From assembly GCA_024403005.1 (NCBI GenBank), contig JAKSSQ010000001.1:1-33078 (forward strand): a stretch of 33,078 bases of DNA. Reading direction: 5' to 3'. The notes beneath the pieces were generated by a model. The model was given only the letters and a program-made list of their open reading frames with translations, did not search any database and was not told the origin of the DNA. Of this stretch, positions 1-7,210 are shown piece after piece (within the stretch, counting starts at the first letter, position 1; each line of letters starts with the position of its first letter). The position numbers and the translations under genes are program-made. This DNA comes from Clostridia bacterium (lineage in GTDB: Bacteria; Bacillota; Clostridia; Peptostreptococcales; Anaerovoracaceae).

Positions 1-34
1 AAGGCATAAAGCTGAAAAATTTTAACCGAAGTGC

Positions 35-62
35 TTGACTTCCGCGCAAAAATGAATATAAT
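35..62 (+). promoter_or_regulatory. SigA/sigma-70 type promoter of the ArsR-HMA-ATPase operon
   Basis: TTGACT (35-40), 16-nt spacer, TATAAT (57-62), about 85 nt upstream of the ArsR-family ATG. Confidence 0.6.
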
Positions 63-63
63 T

Positions 64-87
64 ACATATGAACAAATATTCATATGT
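64..87. promoter_or_regulatory. ArsR/SmtB-type operator, perfect 9-6-9 inverted repeat
   Basis: ACATATGAA-caaata-TTCATATGT lies immediately downstream of the -10. It contains the TGAACA..TATTCA core typical of SmtB/CzrA 12-2-12 operators. Confidence 0.65.
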
Positions 88-145
88 TCAATAAATGCGG
101 AGCCGGCCCGTTGGGTCACGCTGACCGCAATTAAACGGAGGCACA

Positions 146-445
146 ATGACATCCAAGGGAATTATAACTGAAGAAAAGCTCTACGACCTGGCGGAACTCT
201 TCCGGACCTTCGGCGACACGACGCGCATTAAGTTGCTCTACGCGCTGATGGACGGGAACAAATGCGTTGCAGACCTTACAGCTGCAGCCGGAGCAAGCCA
301 GTCGGCAGTTTCTCACCAGCTGAGGATTCTTAAGCAGATGGACCTGGTCCGCTGCAGAAAGGACGGCAAACAGATGATTTATTCCCTAGCGGATGACCAT
401 GTGCACACTATAATTCAAATGGGTATGGACCACGTAGAAGAATAA
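146..445 (+). CDS. ArsR/SmtB family metal-sensing repressor (CzrA/SmtB-like)
   Basis: GGAGG SD. Winged-HTH signature ...CVADLTAAAGASQSAVSHQLRILK.... The C-terminal DDHVHTIIQMGMDHVEE fits the alpha5 site DxHx10Hx2E. A single Cys replaces the CadC CVC motif. Confidence 0.9.
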   Translation: MTSKGIITEEKLYDLAELFRTFGDTTRIKLLYALMDGNKCVADLTAAAGASQSAVSHQLRILKQMDLVRCRKDGKQMIYSLADDHVHTIIQMGMDHVEE

Positions 446-456
446 GGAGGCCCGAA

Positions 457-678
457 ATGAAGAAGTCTTTTAAGGTAAAAGGTATCGATTGCGCTAACTG
501 CGCTGCAAAGCTGGAAGCTGGAGTTAAGAAGATCCCCGGCGTTGACAAGGCTATCGTAAGCTTCATGACAGAAAAGCTGACAATCGAAGCTGCAGACGAT
601 AAGTTCGACGGCATCGTTGCAGAAGCAGTTGCTCTCTGCAAGAAGCTGGAACCGGACTGGGAAATCGTAGTAAAGTAA
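457..678 (+). CDS. Stand-alone heavy-metal-associated (HMA) domain protein
   Basis: AGGAGG SD. 73 aa with the GIDCANC metal-binding loop (GMxCxxC type) in a ferredoxin-like HMA layout. It is in the same frame as the downstream ATPase. Confidence 0.85.
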   Translation: MKKSFKVKGIDCANCAAKLEAGVKKIPGVDKAIVSFMTEKLTIEAADDKFDGIVAEAVALCKKLEPDWEIVVK

Positions 679-696
679 GCCCCCGGGGTATATTGA

Positions 697-2490
697 ATGT
701 TCGATATTAAGGAAATCGCCGTGCTGGCCATAGCACTTGTGGTCTATGCGCTTGTCGGCGGGAAAATTATTAAAAAAGCTTTAAGAAATATCAAGAATGG
801 CCAGGTTTTCGACGAAAACTTCCTGATGGTTGTTGCTTCTCTCGGTTCGCTTATTTTAGGCGAATACGCGGAAGGCGTTATGGTAATGCTGCTTTACCGC
901 ATTGGTGAATACATGCAGAACCGCGCTGTAGGAAAGTCCAGAAGGGCTATCGCAGATCTCATGGACATCCGCCCGGACTACGCAAACGTGGACGGAGAAA
1001 ACGGCGAACTTGTGCAGGTTGACCCCGAGGATCTCGAAGTCGGCACAGTAATTACGGTTAAGCCCGGCGAACGCGTTCCCGTGGACGGAATCATTATTGA
1101 AGGCAGCTCCAGGCTGGATACAGCTGCACTTACCGGCGAATCCGTACCCAGAAGCGTAGGCGAAGGGGACGAAATCTATTCCGGTGTAATAAACCTGAAC
1201 GGAGTTCTGCGCGTTAGGGTTACAAAGCCCTGCTCTGAATCCACCGCAACAAGGATTCTCGAACTCATCGAAGAAGCTGCGGACAGCAAGGCAAGCGCTG
1301 AAAACTTCATTACAAAGTTTGCAAGATATTACACACCCATCGTGTGCGGTCTTGCTCTGGCGCTGGCGGTTATTCCCCCGATTATCGCAGGGAGCTGGTC
1401 TGTATGGATCTACAGAGCTCTTACTTTCCTGGTAGTATCCTGCCCCTGCGCGCTGGTTATCTCCATTCCTCTCGGATTCTTCGGAGGTATCGGCGGTGCA
1501 TCTTCCAAGGGCATCTTAATTAAAGGGGGCAACTATCTGGAAGCTCTGTCCATGGCGGACACAGTAGTCTTCGACAAGCCAGGAACCCTTACAAAGGGCA
1601 TATTCTCCGTTGTTGCGGTTCACCCCGAACACATGGAAGAAGAGCAGCTCCTGGAGCTGGCAACCCTTGCGGAAAGCTTCTCCGACCACCCGATTTCCAG
1701 GTCCCTTGCGGATGAATATAAGCGTGTAACCCGCAAAAAGGTCGACAAGGCCCGCGTTGCAAGCGCAGAAGAGTTCGCAGGCGAAGGCATTATCGCCATC
1801 GTGGACGGAAAGAAGGTCGCTGCCGGCAATTCCAAGCTCATGAAGCGCATCGGCGCCGAAAGCCACGAATGCCATCTCCACGGCACTACGGTCCATGTTT
1901 CCATCGACGACCACTACGAAGGCCACATTATTATTTCCGACGTTGTTAAGGAAGATTCGAAGAGTGCAATCGAAAAGCTTAAGGCCCTCGGCGTTAAGAA
2001 GACGGTTATGCTTACAGGCGACAAGGCGTATATCGCTTCCGATATCGCTGCTGACCTCAATCTGGATGAACACCATGCAGAGCTTATGCCCCAGGACAAA
2101 GTTTCCATCGTGGAAACTCTGCTGGCAAAGAAGGCAGAAAATCGCACTCTTGCCTTTGTCGGTGACGGAATCAACGACGCTCCGGTTCTCGCAAGAGCCG
2201 ATGTTGGCATCGCCATGGGCTCCATGGGAAGCTCTGCCGCTGTAGAAGCTGCGGACATCGTGCTTATGAACGACAAGCCTTCCGACGTTGCTCTTGCAGT
2301 TAAGATTGCGAGAAAGACCATGGGCATCGTTTACCAGAACATCGTACTCTCCATCGGAATTAAGGTTGCTGTTCTTATTCTTGCCGCTTTCGGCATTGCG
2401 AATATGTGGCTGGCAATCTTTGCAGATACAGGAGTCTGCATGCTGGCTATCCTGAATTCCATGAGGTGCTTAAGGATTTCGGACAAATAA
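697..2490 (+). CDS. P1B-type (Zn/Cd-type) heavy-metal translocating ATPase, atypical
   Basis: Motifs TGESVP, SCPCAL (CPC), SDHP (HP), MLTGD, GDGINDAP and ADTG in the last TM are present. The phosphorylation loop reads DKPGT (1573-1587) instead of DKTGT. There is no HMA domain and only one helix before GQVFDENFLM. Confidence 0.85.
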   Translation: MFDIKEIAVLAIALVVYALVGGKIIKKALRNIKNGQVFDENFLMVVASLGSLILGEYAEGVMVMLLYRIGEYMQNRAVGKSRRAIADLMDIRPDYANVDGENGELVQVDPEDLEVGTVITVKPGERVPVDGIIIEGSSRLDTAALTGESVPRSVGEGDEIYSGVINLNGVLRVRVTKPCSESTATRILELIEEAADSKASAENFITKFARYYTPIVCGLALALAVIPPIIAGSWSVWIYRALTFLVVSCPCALVISIPLGFFGGIGGASSKGILIKGGNYLEALSMADTVVFDKPGTLTKGIFSVVAVHPEHMEEEQLLELATLAESFSDHPISRSLADEYKRVTRKKVDKARVASAEEFAGEGIIAIVDGKKVAAGNSKLMKRIGAESHECHLHGTTVHVSIDDHYEGHIIISDVVKEDSKSAIEKLKALGVKKTVMLTGDKAYIASDIAADLNLDEHHAELMPQDKVSIVETLLAKKAENRTLAFVGDGINDAPVLARADVGIAMGSMGSSAAVEAADIVLMNDKPSDVALAVKIARKTMGIVYQNIVLSIGIKVAVLILAAFGIANMWLAIFADTGVCMLAILNSMRCLRISDK

Positions 2491-2523
2491 ACAATTAATT
2501 TCGGATAGTTTTCCGAATGGCGA

Positions 2524-2549
2524 AGACCCGGCCTCGGCCGGGTCTTTTT
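2524..2549 (+). terminator. Rho-independent terminator of the ATPase operon
   Basis: AGACCCGGCC / GGCCGGGTCT GC-rich hairpin followed by TTTTT. Confidence 0.8.
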
Positions 2550-2556
2550 GCATAAT

Positions 2557-2583
2557 AAAACCGCGGAGCATGTGCTCCGCGGT
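2557..2583 (-). terminator. Rho-independent terminator of the minus-strand suf operon
   Basis: ACCGCGGAGCA / TGCTCCGCGGT hairpin. On the minus strand it is followed by a U-run (complement of AAAA at 2557-2560). Confidence 0.75.
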
Positions 2584-2595
2584 TTAACTTTATCT

Positions 2596-3540
2596 TTACT
2601 TAAGGAATCCGTCGATGATAGCTTTTTCAGCTTCTTCTTCTGTAAGTCCGAGAGTTCTCAGCTTAAGAATCTGTTCGCCGGCAATCTTACCGATAGCTGC
2701 TTCGTGGATGAGGGAAGCATCCTTGCAGTTTGCGATGAGCTGGGGAATTGCGTCAACCTTGCCGTTGTCGGAGAGGATAGCGTCGCATTCGCTGTGGCCT
2801 GTGCACATTGCATTGCCGATAATGCTGGAGTGGTACTTCTGGTAGCTGTCGCCCTGAGCAACGGATCTGCTCATGAGGTTAATGCCGCCGCCTTCGCCGT
2901 TCATTTCGATTTCGAAATCTGTTGTGGCTACGTCGTCGCCGTCTGTAAGGAGTCTTTCCTTAATAACCAGAGTAGCGTTCTTGCCTACTGTGCCGCGGGT
3001 CTTTCTGTCGGACCTGCAAACGCCGCCCAGCTGGCTTGTATCGATTTCCAGATATGCGCCTTCTTCGAGGAAGACTTCTGTCTGGGGGTCAATAACCTTT
3101 TTTGCAGCGCTGTTTCCTGTACCTACGTGCTTTTCCAGGTAGAGGACTCTGGAATTCTTGCCGCAGAAGAATCTGTGGATACCGCTGTGGCGGGCTTCTT
3201 CACCTGTTTCTGTGTGGATGCCGCAGCCTGCGATAATTGTTACATCTGCACCTTCGCCAACGAAGAAATCGTTGTAAACCAGGTCGTCGATGCCGGCCTT
3301 TGTAACGCATGCGGGGATGTATACGTCTTCGCCCTTTGTTCCCGGAGCGATGCGGATGTCCAGACCGGGATTGTCGGTCTTTGTTTCGATTTTAATGTTT
3401 TCTGTGGACTTTCTGCCCAGGCTTGTGCAGTTGGAGCGGATGTTAAAAGCTCCTGCAAACTTTTCGGGATCGAAGGCCTTTCCGTCTACATCTGTTACGA
3501 TATCGAGCAGATCTGCAGTTGTCTTGTCGATATTACTCAC
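2596..3540 (-). CDS. Short SufB/SufD family Fe-S cluster assembly protein (SmsB-like)
   Basis: About 314 aa with a beta-helix-type SufBD repeat region and the C-terminal ...LIHEAAIGKIAGEQILKLRTLGLTEEEAEKAIIDGFLK typical of SufB/D. The longest ORF starts at GTG 3549. GTG 3540 has better spacing to GGAAAGGAAGG and overlaps the sufC stop (GTGAGTAA). Confidence 0.85.
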   Translation of the reverse strand: MSNIDKTTADLLDIVTDVDGKAFDPEKFAGAFNIRSNCTSLGRKSTENIKIETKTDNPGLDIRIAPGTKGEDVYIPACVTKAGIDDLVYNDFFVGEGADVTIIAGCGIHTETGEEARHSGIHRFFCGKNSRVLYLEKHVGTGNSAAKKVIDPQTEVFLEEGAYLEIDTSQLGGVCRSDRKTRGTVGKNATLVIKERLLTDGDDVATTDFEIEMNGEGGGINLMSRSVAQGDSYQKYHSSIIGNAMCTGHSECDAILSDNGKVDAIPQLIANCKDASLIHEAAIGKIAGEQILKLRTLGLTEEEAEKAIIDGFLK

Positions 3541-4261
3541 GGCAGCCACCTTCCTTTCCGCAGCCGTCTGCGCAGCCTTCGTTCTTGCAGAGCAGTCTGG
3601 AGAAGATTGTGTGGCCTTCGCCGCGCATTCCTACCTGGCCGTCCTGAATCATTACGATTTCGTCTGCGATGGAGAGAATTCTTTCCTGGTGGGAAATAAT
3701 AATGAGGGAATTATCTCTCTTTTCTCTGAGCACTTCGAAGGCTCTTATGAGGTTGTTGAAGCTCCAGAGGTCGATGCCTGCTTCCGGTTCGTCGAAGAGG
3801 GCAACCTTTGCATTTCTCAGCAGAACTGTAGCGATTTCGATTCTCTTGATTTCGCCGCCGGACAGGTGAGTATCTACGCCTCTGTCCTTGTATTCGTCTG
3901 CTTCCAGGCCGACCTGGAGGAGTACGTCCTTAATTTCTTCTTCGGTAAGAGTCTTGCCTGCAGCCAGGTTGAGCATATCTCTAACTGAGATGCCCTTGAA
4001 CCTTACGGGCTGCTGGAAAGCGTAGCCGATGCCGGCTTTTGCTCTTTCCGTCGGGTTCATGTCTGTAATGTCGACTCCGTCCAGCAGAATCTGTCCGCTC
4101 GTGGGCTTTTCTACTCCGGCGATCATCTTAGCCAGTGTTGTCTTGCCGCCGCCGTTGGGGCCTGTGAGCGCAATCAGTTTGCCTTCGGGAATCACAAGGT
4201 TAATGCCTTTGAGAATTTCGCGGCCGTCAGCCGTAAATCTCAGGTCTTTTATTTCAAGCAT
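3533..4261 (-). CDS. sufC: Fe-S cluster assembly ATPase SufC with a Cys-rich C-terminal tail
   Basis: Walker A GPNGGGKTT, ABC signature LSGGEIKR, Walker B LFDEPEAGID and H-loop ISHQ are present. There is an extra tail LCKNEGCADGCGKEGGCRE. Confidence 0.9.
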   Translation of the reverse strand: MLEIKDLRFTADGREILKGINLVIPEGKLIALTGPNGGGKTTLAKMIAGVEKPTSGQILLDGVDITDMNPTERAKAGIGYAFQQPVRFKGISVRDMLNLAAGKTLTEEEIKDVLLQVGLEADEYKDRGVDTHLSGGEIKRIEIATVLLRNAKVALFDEPEAGIDLWSFNNLIRAFEVLREKRDNSLIIISHQERILSIADEIVMIQDGQVGMRGEGHTIFSRLLCKNEGCADGCGKEGGCRE

Positions 4262-4305
4262 TATGTTGTGCCTCCTGCTTTATTTTTAAGTGATATAACA
4301 AGTTA

Positions 4306-4719
4306 TTATAGCATTAAATCCGCTATAGTGATACTGTCAAAATATTCTTCCGTCATTTTGCCGAACTGCTGCCACATGTGCACGGTTCTGCAGTCTTTGC
4401 CGATTTCGCACGGACCTTCTGCCTGAGCTCCGCATTCCGGGCATTCAACCGGCTGAAGGCTTCCTTCTGTAAGCCTTAAAATCCTGCCGACGCTTATGTC
4501 CTTTGCGTCCATCGCCAGCTTATAGCCGCCGCCTTTTCCCTGCACTCCTGCGAGCAGTCCGTCCTTAACCAGAACGGGAACGATTCTTTCCATATATTTA
4601 AGCGATATGTTCTGGCGGGATGCCATGTCCTTAAGGGGTACAAAGCGGCCCGAGGCGCTGTTCTCTGCCAGATCTATCATTATCCTGAGCGCATATCTAC
4701 CGCGCGATGAGATCATCAT
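4306..4719 (-). CDS. Rrf2 family transcriptional regulator (IscR-like, probable Fe-S sensing)
   Basis: N-terminus MISSRGRYALRIMIDLA is the Rrf2 HTH signature. The Cys cluster is CPECx7Cx5Cx3H. GGAGG SD. It is the first gene of the suf operon. Confidence 0.9.
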   Translation of the reverse strand: MMISSRGRYALRIMIDLAENSASGRFVPLKDMASRQNISLKYMERIVPVLVKDGLLAGVQGKGGGYKLAMDAKDISVGRILRLTEGSLQPVECPECGAQAEGPCEIGKDCRTVHMWQQFGKMTEEYFDSITIADLML

Positions 4720-4771
4720 ATACCGTAACCTCCTGGAATATTTACCCTCTTGTTAGGTAGGAATTAATTTT

Positions 4772-4800
4772 ATATTACCCTTACTCGCAGATATTGTCAA
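4772..4800 (-). promoter_or_regulatory. Promoter of the rrf2-sufC-sufB/D operon
   Basis: On the minus strand: TTGACA (4800-4795), 17-nt spacer, TAATAT (4777-4772). Confidence 0.6.
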
Positions 4801-4805
4801 TAGTA

Positions 4806-4814
4806 TGGTATAAT
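4806..4814 (+). promoter_or_regulatory. Extended -10 promoter element for the M20/DUF362/C69 operon
   Basis: TGgTATAAT lies 19 nt upstream of ATG 4833. There is no good -35, and it interleaves with the divergent suf promoter. Confidence 0.45.
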
Positions 4815-4832
4815 TGCATTTACGAGGTAATT

Positions 4833-6008
4833 ATGAAAGAAAAAGTCCTGAAAACTGCATCTGAGATTACAGCTGAAATTACAAGACTTTCAGATGATCT
4901 GTACAATAACCCCGAGCTTGGAAACTGCGAGTATAAATCGGCGGACAGCCACGTCGCGCTTCTTAAGAAATACGGCTTTTCCGTGGAAAGACCCTATCTG
5001 GGCTACCCCACAGGCTACAGAGCCGAATACAGAAGCGGCAAGGCCGGCCCCAGAATCTGCTACATGGCAGAGTACGACGCGCTCCCCGATATCGGACATG
5101 GCTGCGGGCACAACATGCTCGGCGCCTGCTCCATCGCTGCCGGAATCATCTTAAGAAAGCTGGCAGACGAAATCGGAGGCACGGTTATCGTGCTGGGCAC
5201 TCCTGCGGAGGAAACCAACGGAGCCAAGGTTATCTATGCTAAGAAGGGCGCTTTTCTGGATGTAGACGCTGCAATGCTGGCCCATCCATCGGCAAAGTAC
5301 TACTTTAAGAGCGGTTCTACTCTGGCTATGGATACGGTTGAATTCGAATTTACCGGGCTGGCTGCCCACGCGGCCGGTGAACCCGAGCGCGGCATAAACG
5401 CTCTGGATGCGGTAATTGCAACGTTCAACAACATAAACGCCATGCGCCAGCAGATGCTCCCCGATGCACGGGTTCACGGGATAATTACGGAAGGCGGGGT
5501 GACCCCGAACATAATCCCGGACCACTGCGTCTGCAGGTTCTACGTAAGAGCTGCAAACGACCTTTACCTGCCTTTCCTCATGGACAAGGTAAAGAACTGC
5601 GCAAAAGGCGCGGCAGTTGCAACGGGCTGCAAGCTTTCGATTTCCAGATTCGAGTACGGGTATAAGAACCTTGTTACAAACGAGGCCTTATCAGATGCGT
5701 TCTGCGAAAGCCTCGAAGAACTGGGCATAACCGATATTAAAGACCCGGGCGAACCTGCAGGCTCTGCAGATGCCGGAGATGTGTCCCACGTATGCCCCAC
5801 AATCCACGCGTACTTCCCGATTACGGAGAAGAACATCGGAACCCACACCAAGGAGTTTGCCGAGGAAACCCAGACCAGGTACGCAAAACAAAATATGATG
5901 ATTACCGCTTGCGGTCTGGCTATGGCCGGAGCTAAAATCATAAAAGAGCCCGAAAGAATGGCTCAGATTAAGAAAGAATTTAAAGTATTTAAAAGCAAAA
6001 GACTTTAA
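4833..6008 (+). CDS. M20 family metallopeptidase/amidohydrolase (AbgB/HipO-like)
   Basis: GAGGT SD before ATG 4833 (the longest ORF starts at 4794). Motifs ...MAEYDALPDIGHGCGHN..., GTPAEE and a dimerisation-domain insert are typical of M20D amidohydrolases. Confidence 0.85.
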   Translation: MKEKVLKTASEITAEITRLSDDLYNNPELGNCEYKSADSHVALLKKYGFSVERPYLGYPTGYRAEYRSGKAGPRICYMAEYDALPDIGHGCGHNMLGACSIAAGIILRKLADEIGGTVIVLGTPAEETNGAKVIYAKKGAFLDVDAAMLAHPSAKYYFKSGSTLAMDTVEFEFTGLAAHAAGEPERGINALDAVIATFNNINAMRQQMLPDARVHGIITEGGVTPNIIPDHCVCRFYVRAANDLYLPFLMDKVKNCAKGAAVATGCKLSISRFEYGYKNLVTNEALSDAFCESLEELGITDIKDPGEPAGSADAGDVSHVCPTIHAYFPITEKNIGTHTKEFAEETQTRYAKQNMMITACGLAMAGAKIIKEPERMAQIKKEFKVFKSKRL

Positions 6009-6025
6009 AACAGAGGAGTTACACA

Positions 6026-7168
6026 ATGGAAAAGGCAAAAGTTTATTTCACTGACTTTAGAACACACGGCGGCGAAAGCCTTCTCGTTAAGATGCAGCAT
6101 CTCATGAAGATGGCCGGTTTCGAAAATATCGATTTCCAGGATAAGTTCGTTGCTATCAAGATTCACCTCGGTGAACCCGGCAACCTGTCCTACCTGAGAC
6201 CCAACTGGGCAAAGGCAGTTTGCGATTACGTTAAGAAGCTCGGCGGTAAGCCCTACCTTACAGACTGCAACACACTGTACGTAGGCGGACGCAAGAACGC
6301 TATCGACCACCTGGACAGCGCATATACTAACGGTTTCAACCCCCTGGCTACAGGTGTACAGACAATCATCGCAGACGGTCTCAGAGGCCTCGACGAAAGA
6401 GATATGCCCGTTCCCAACGGCGAATACTGCAAGACAGCTAAGATCGGCAGCGCTATCGCAGAAGCTGACATCGTTATTTCCATGACCCACTTCAAGGGCC
6501 ACGTTTCCGCAGGTTTCGGCGGATGCATCAAGAACATCGGCATGGGCAGCGGAAGCCGCTCCGGTAAGCAGATCATGCACTCCGAAGGCCAGCCCGCAGT
6601 AAGCCAGTCCAAGTGCGTTGGCTGCAAGACCTGCGAAAAGAATTGCGCTCACGAAGGTATTAAGGTTGTAGACCGCGTAGCAGTTATCGACCCCGCTAAG
6701 TGCCTCGGCTGCGGACGCTGCATCGCTGTATGTCCCAAGGATGCTATCCACTCCAACTGGGACGGAAGCGCAGAATCCCTGTCCTGCAAGATGGCAGAAT
6801 ACACATGGGCAGTTGTTAACGGCAAGCCCAACTTCCACATTACATTCCTTATGGACGTTTCCCCCGACTGCGACTGCGAAGGCCACAACGATATGCCCAT
6901 CATTCCCGATGTAGGTATGTTCGCTTCCTTCGACCCCGTTGCTATCGACCAGGCTTGCGTAGATGCAGCTAATGCTCAGCCCATCATCGAAAACTCCGTT
7001 CTCGGCGACAAGGTTAAGGCAGAAAAGGAAGAAGGCTGCTGCTGCCACGAACACGGCCACGACCACTTCAAGATGCTCCACCCGGATACAGCCTGGGAAG
7101 CAGCTATCGCTCACGGCGAAAAGCTCGGCATGGGCACAAAGGAATACGAACTCATTACAATGAAGTAA
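6026..7168 (+). CDS. DUF362 domain protein with an inserted 2x[4Fe-4S] ferredoxin domain
   Basis: DUF362-like N-terminus (KVYFTDF..., IKIHLGEPGN, MTHFKGH). Two CxxCxxCxxxCP motifs (CVGCKTCEKNC, CLGCGRCIAVCP). A Cys/His patch EEGCCCHEHGHDH. Codon usage resembles the highly expressed genes in this window. Confidence 0.85.
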   Translation: MEKAKVYFTDFRTHGGESLLVKMQHLMKMAGFENIDFQDKFVAIKIHLGEPGNLSYLRPNWAKAVCDYVKKLGGKPYLTDCNTLYVGGRKNAIDHLDSAYTNGFNPLATGVQTIIADGLRGLDERDMPVPNGEYCKTAKIGSAIAEADIVISMTHFKGHVSAGFGGCIKNIGMGSGSRSGKQIMHSEGQPAVSQSKCVGCKTCEKNCAHEGIKVVDRVAVIDPAKCLGCGRCIAVCPKDAIHSNWDGSAESLSCKMAEYTWAVVNGKPNFHITFLMDVSPDCDCEGHNDMPIIPDVGMFASFDPVAIDQACVDAANAQPIIENSVLGDKVKAEKEEGCCCHEHGHDHFKMLHPDTAWEAAIAHGEKLGMGTKEYELITMK

Positions 7169-7210
7169 TAATTAAAAATTTAGGTGTGTGTTGTTTTTAA
7201 GGAGGATCCA

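Noticed and set aside
2548-3699. 383-aa ORF on the + strand opposite sufB/D and sufC.
   Set aside because: Its translation is low-complexity (Cys/Ala/Val/Phe-rich) with no SD or motif. It is the stop-free antisense frame of genes that have clear SufB/D and SufC signatures. Biased codon use avoiding TTA, CTA and TCA explains the open frame.
6005-7114. 369-aa ORF on the - strand opposite the DUF362 gene.
   Set aside because: This is an antisense shadow of a well-supported gene. The product is Ala/Val/Cys-rich nonsense, with no RBS or promoter.
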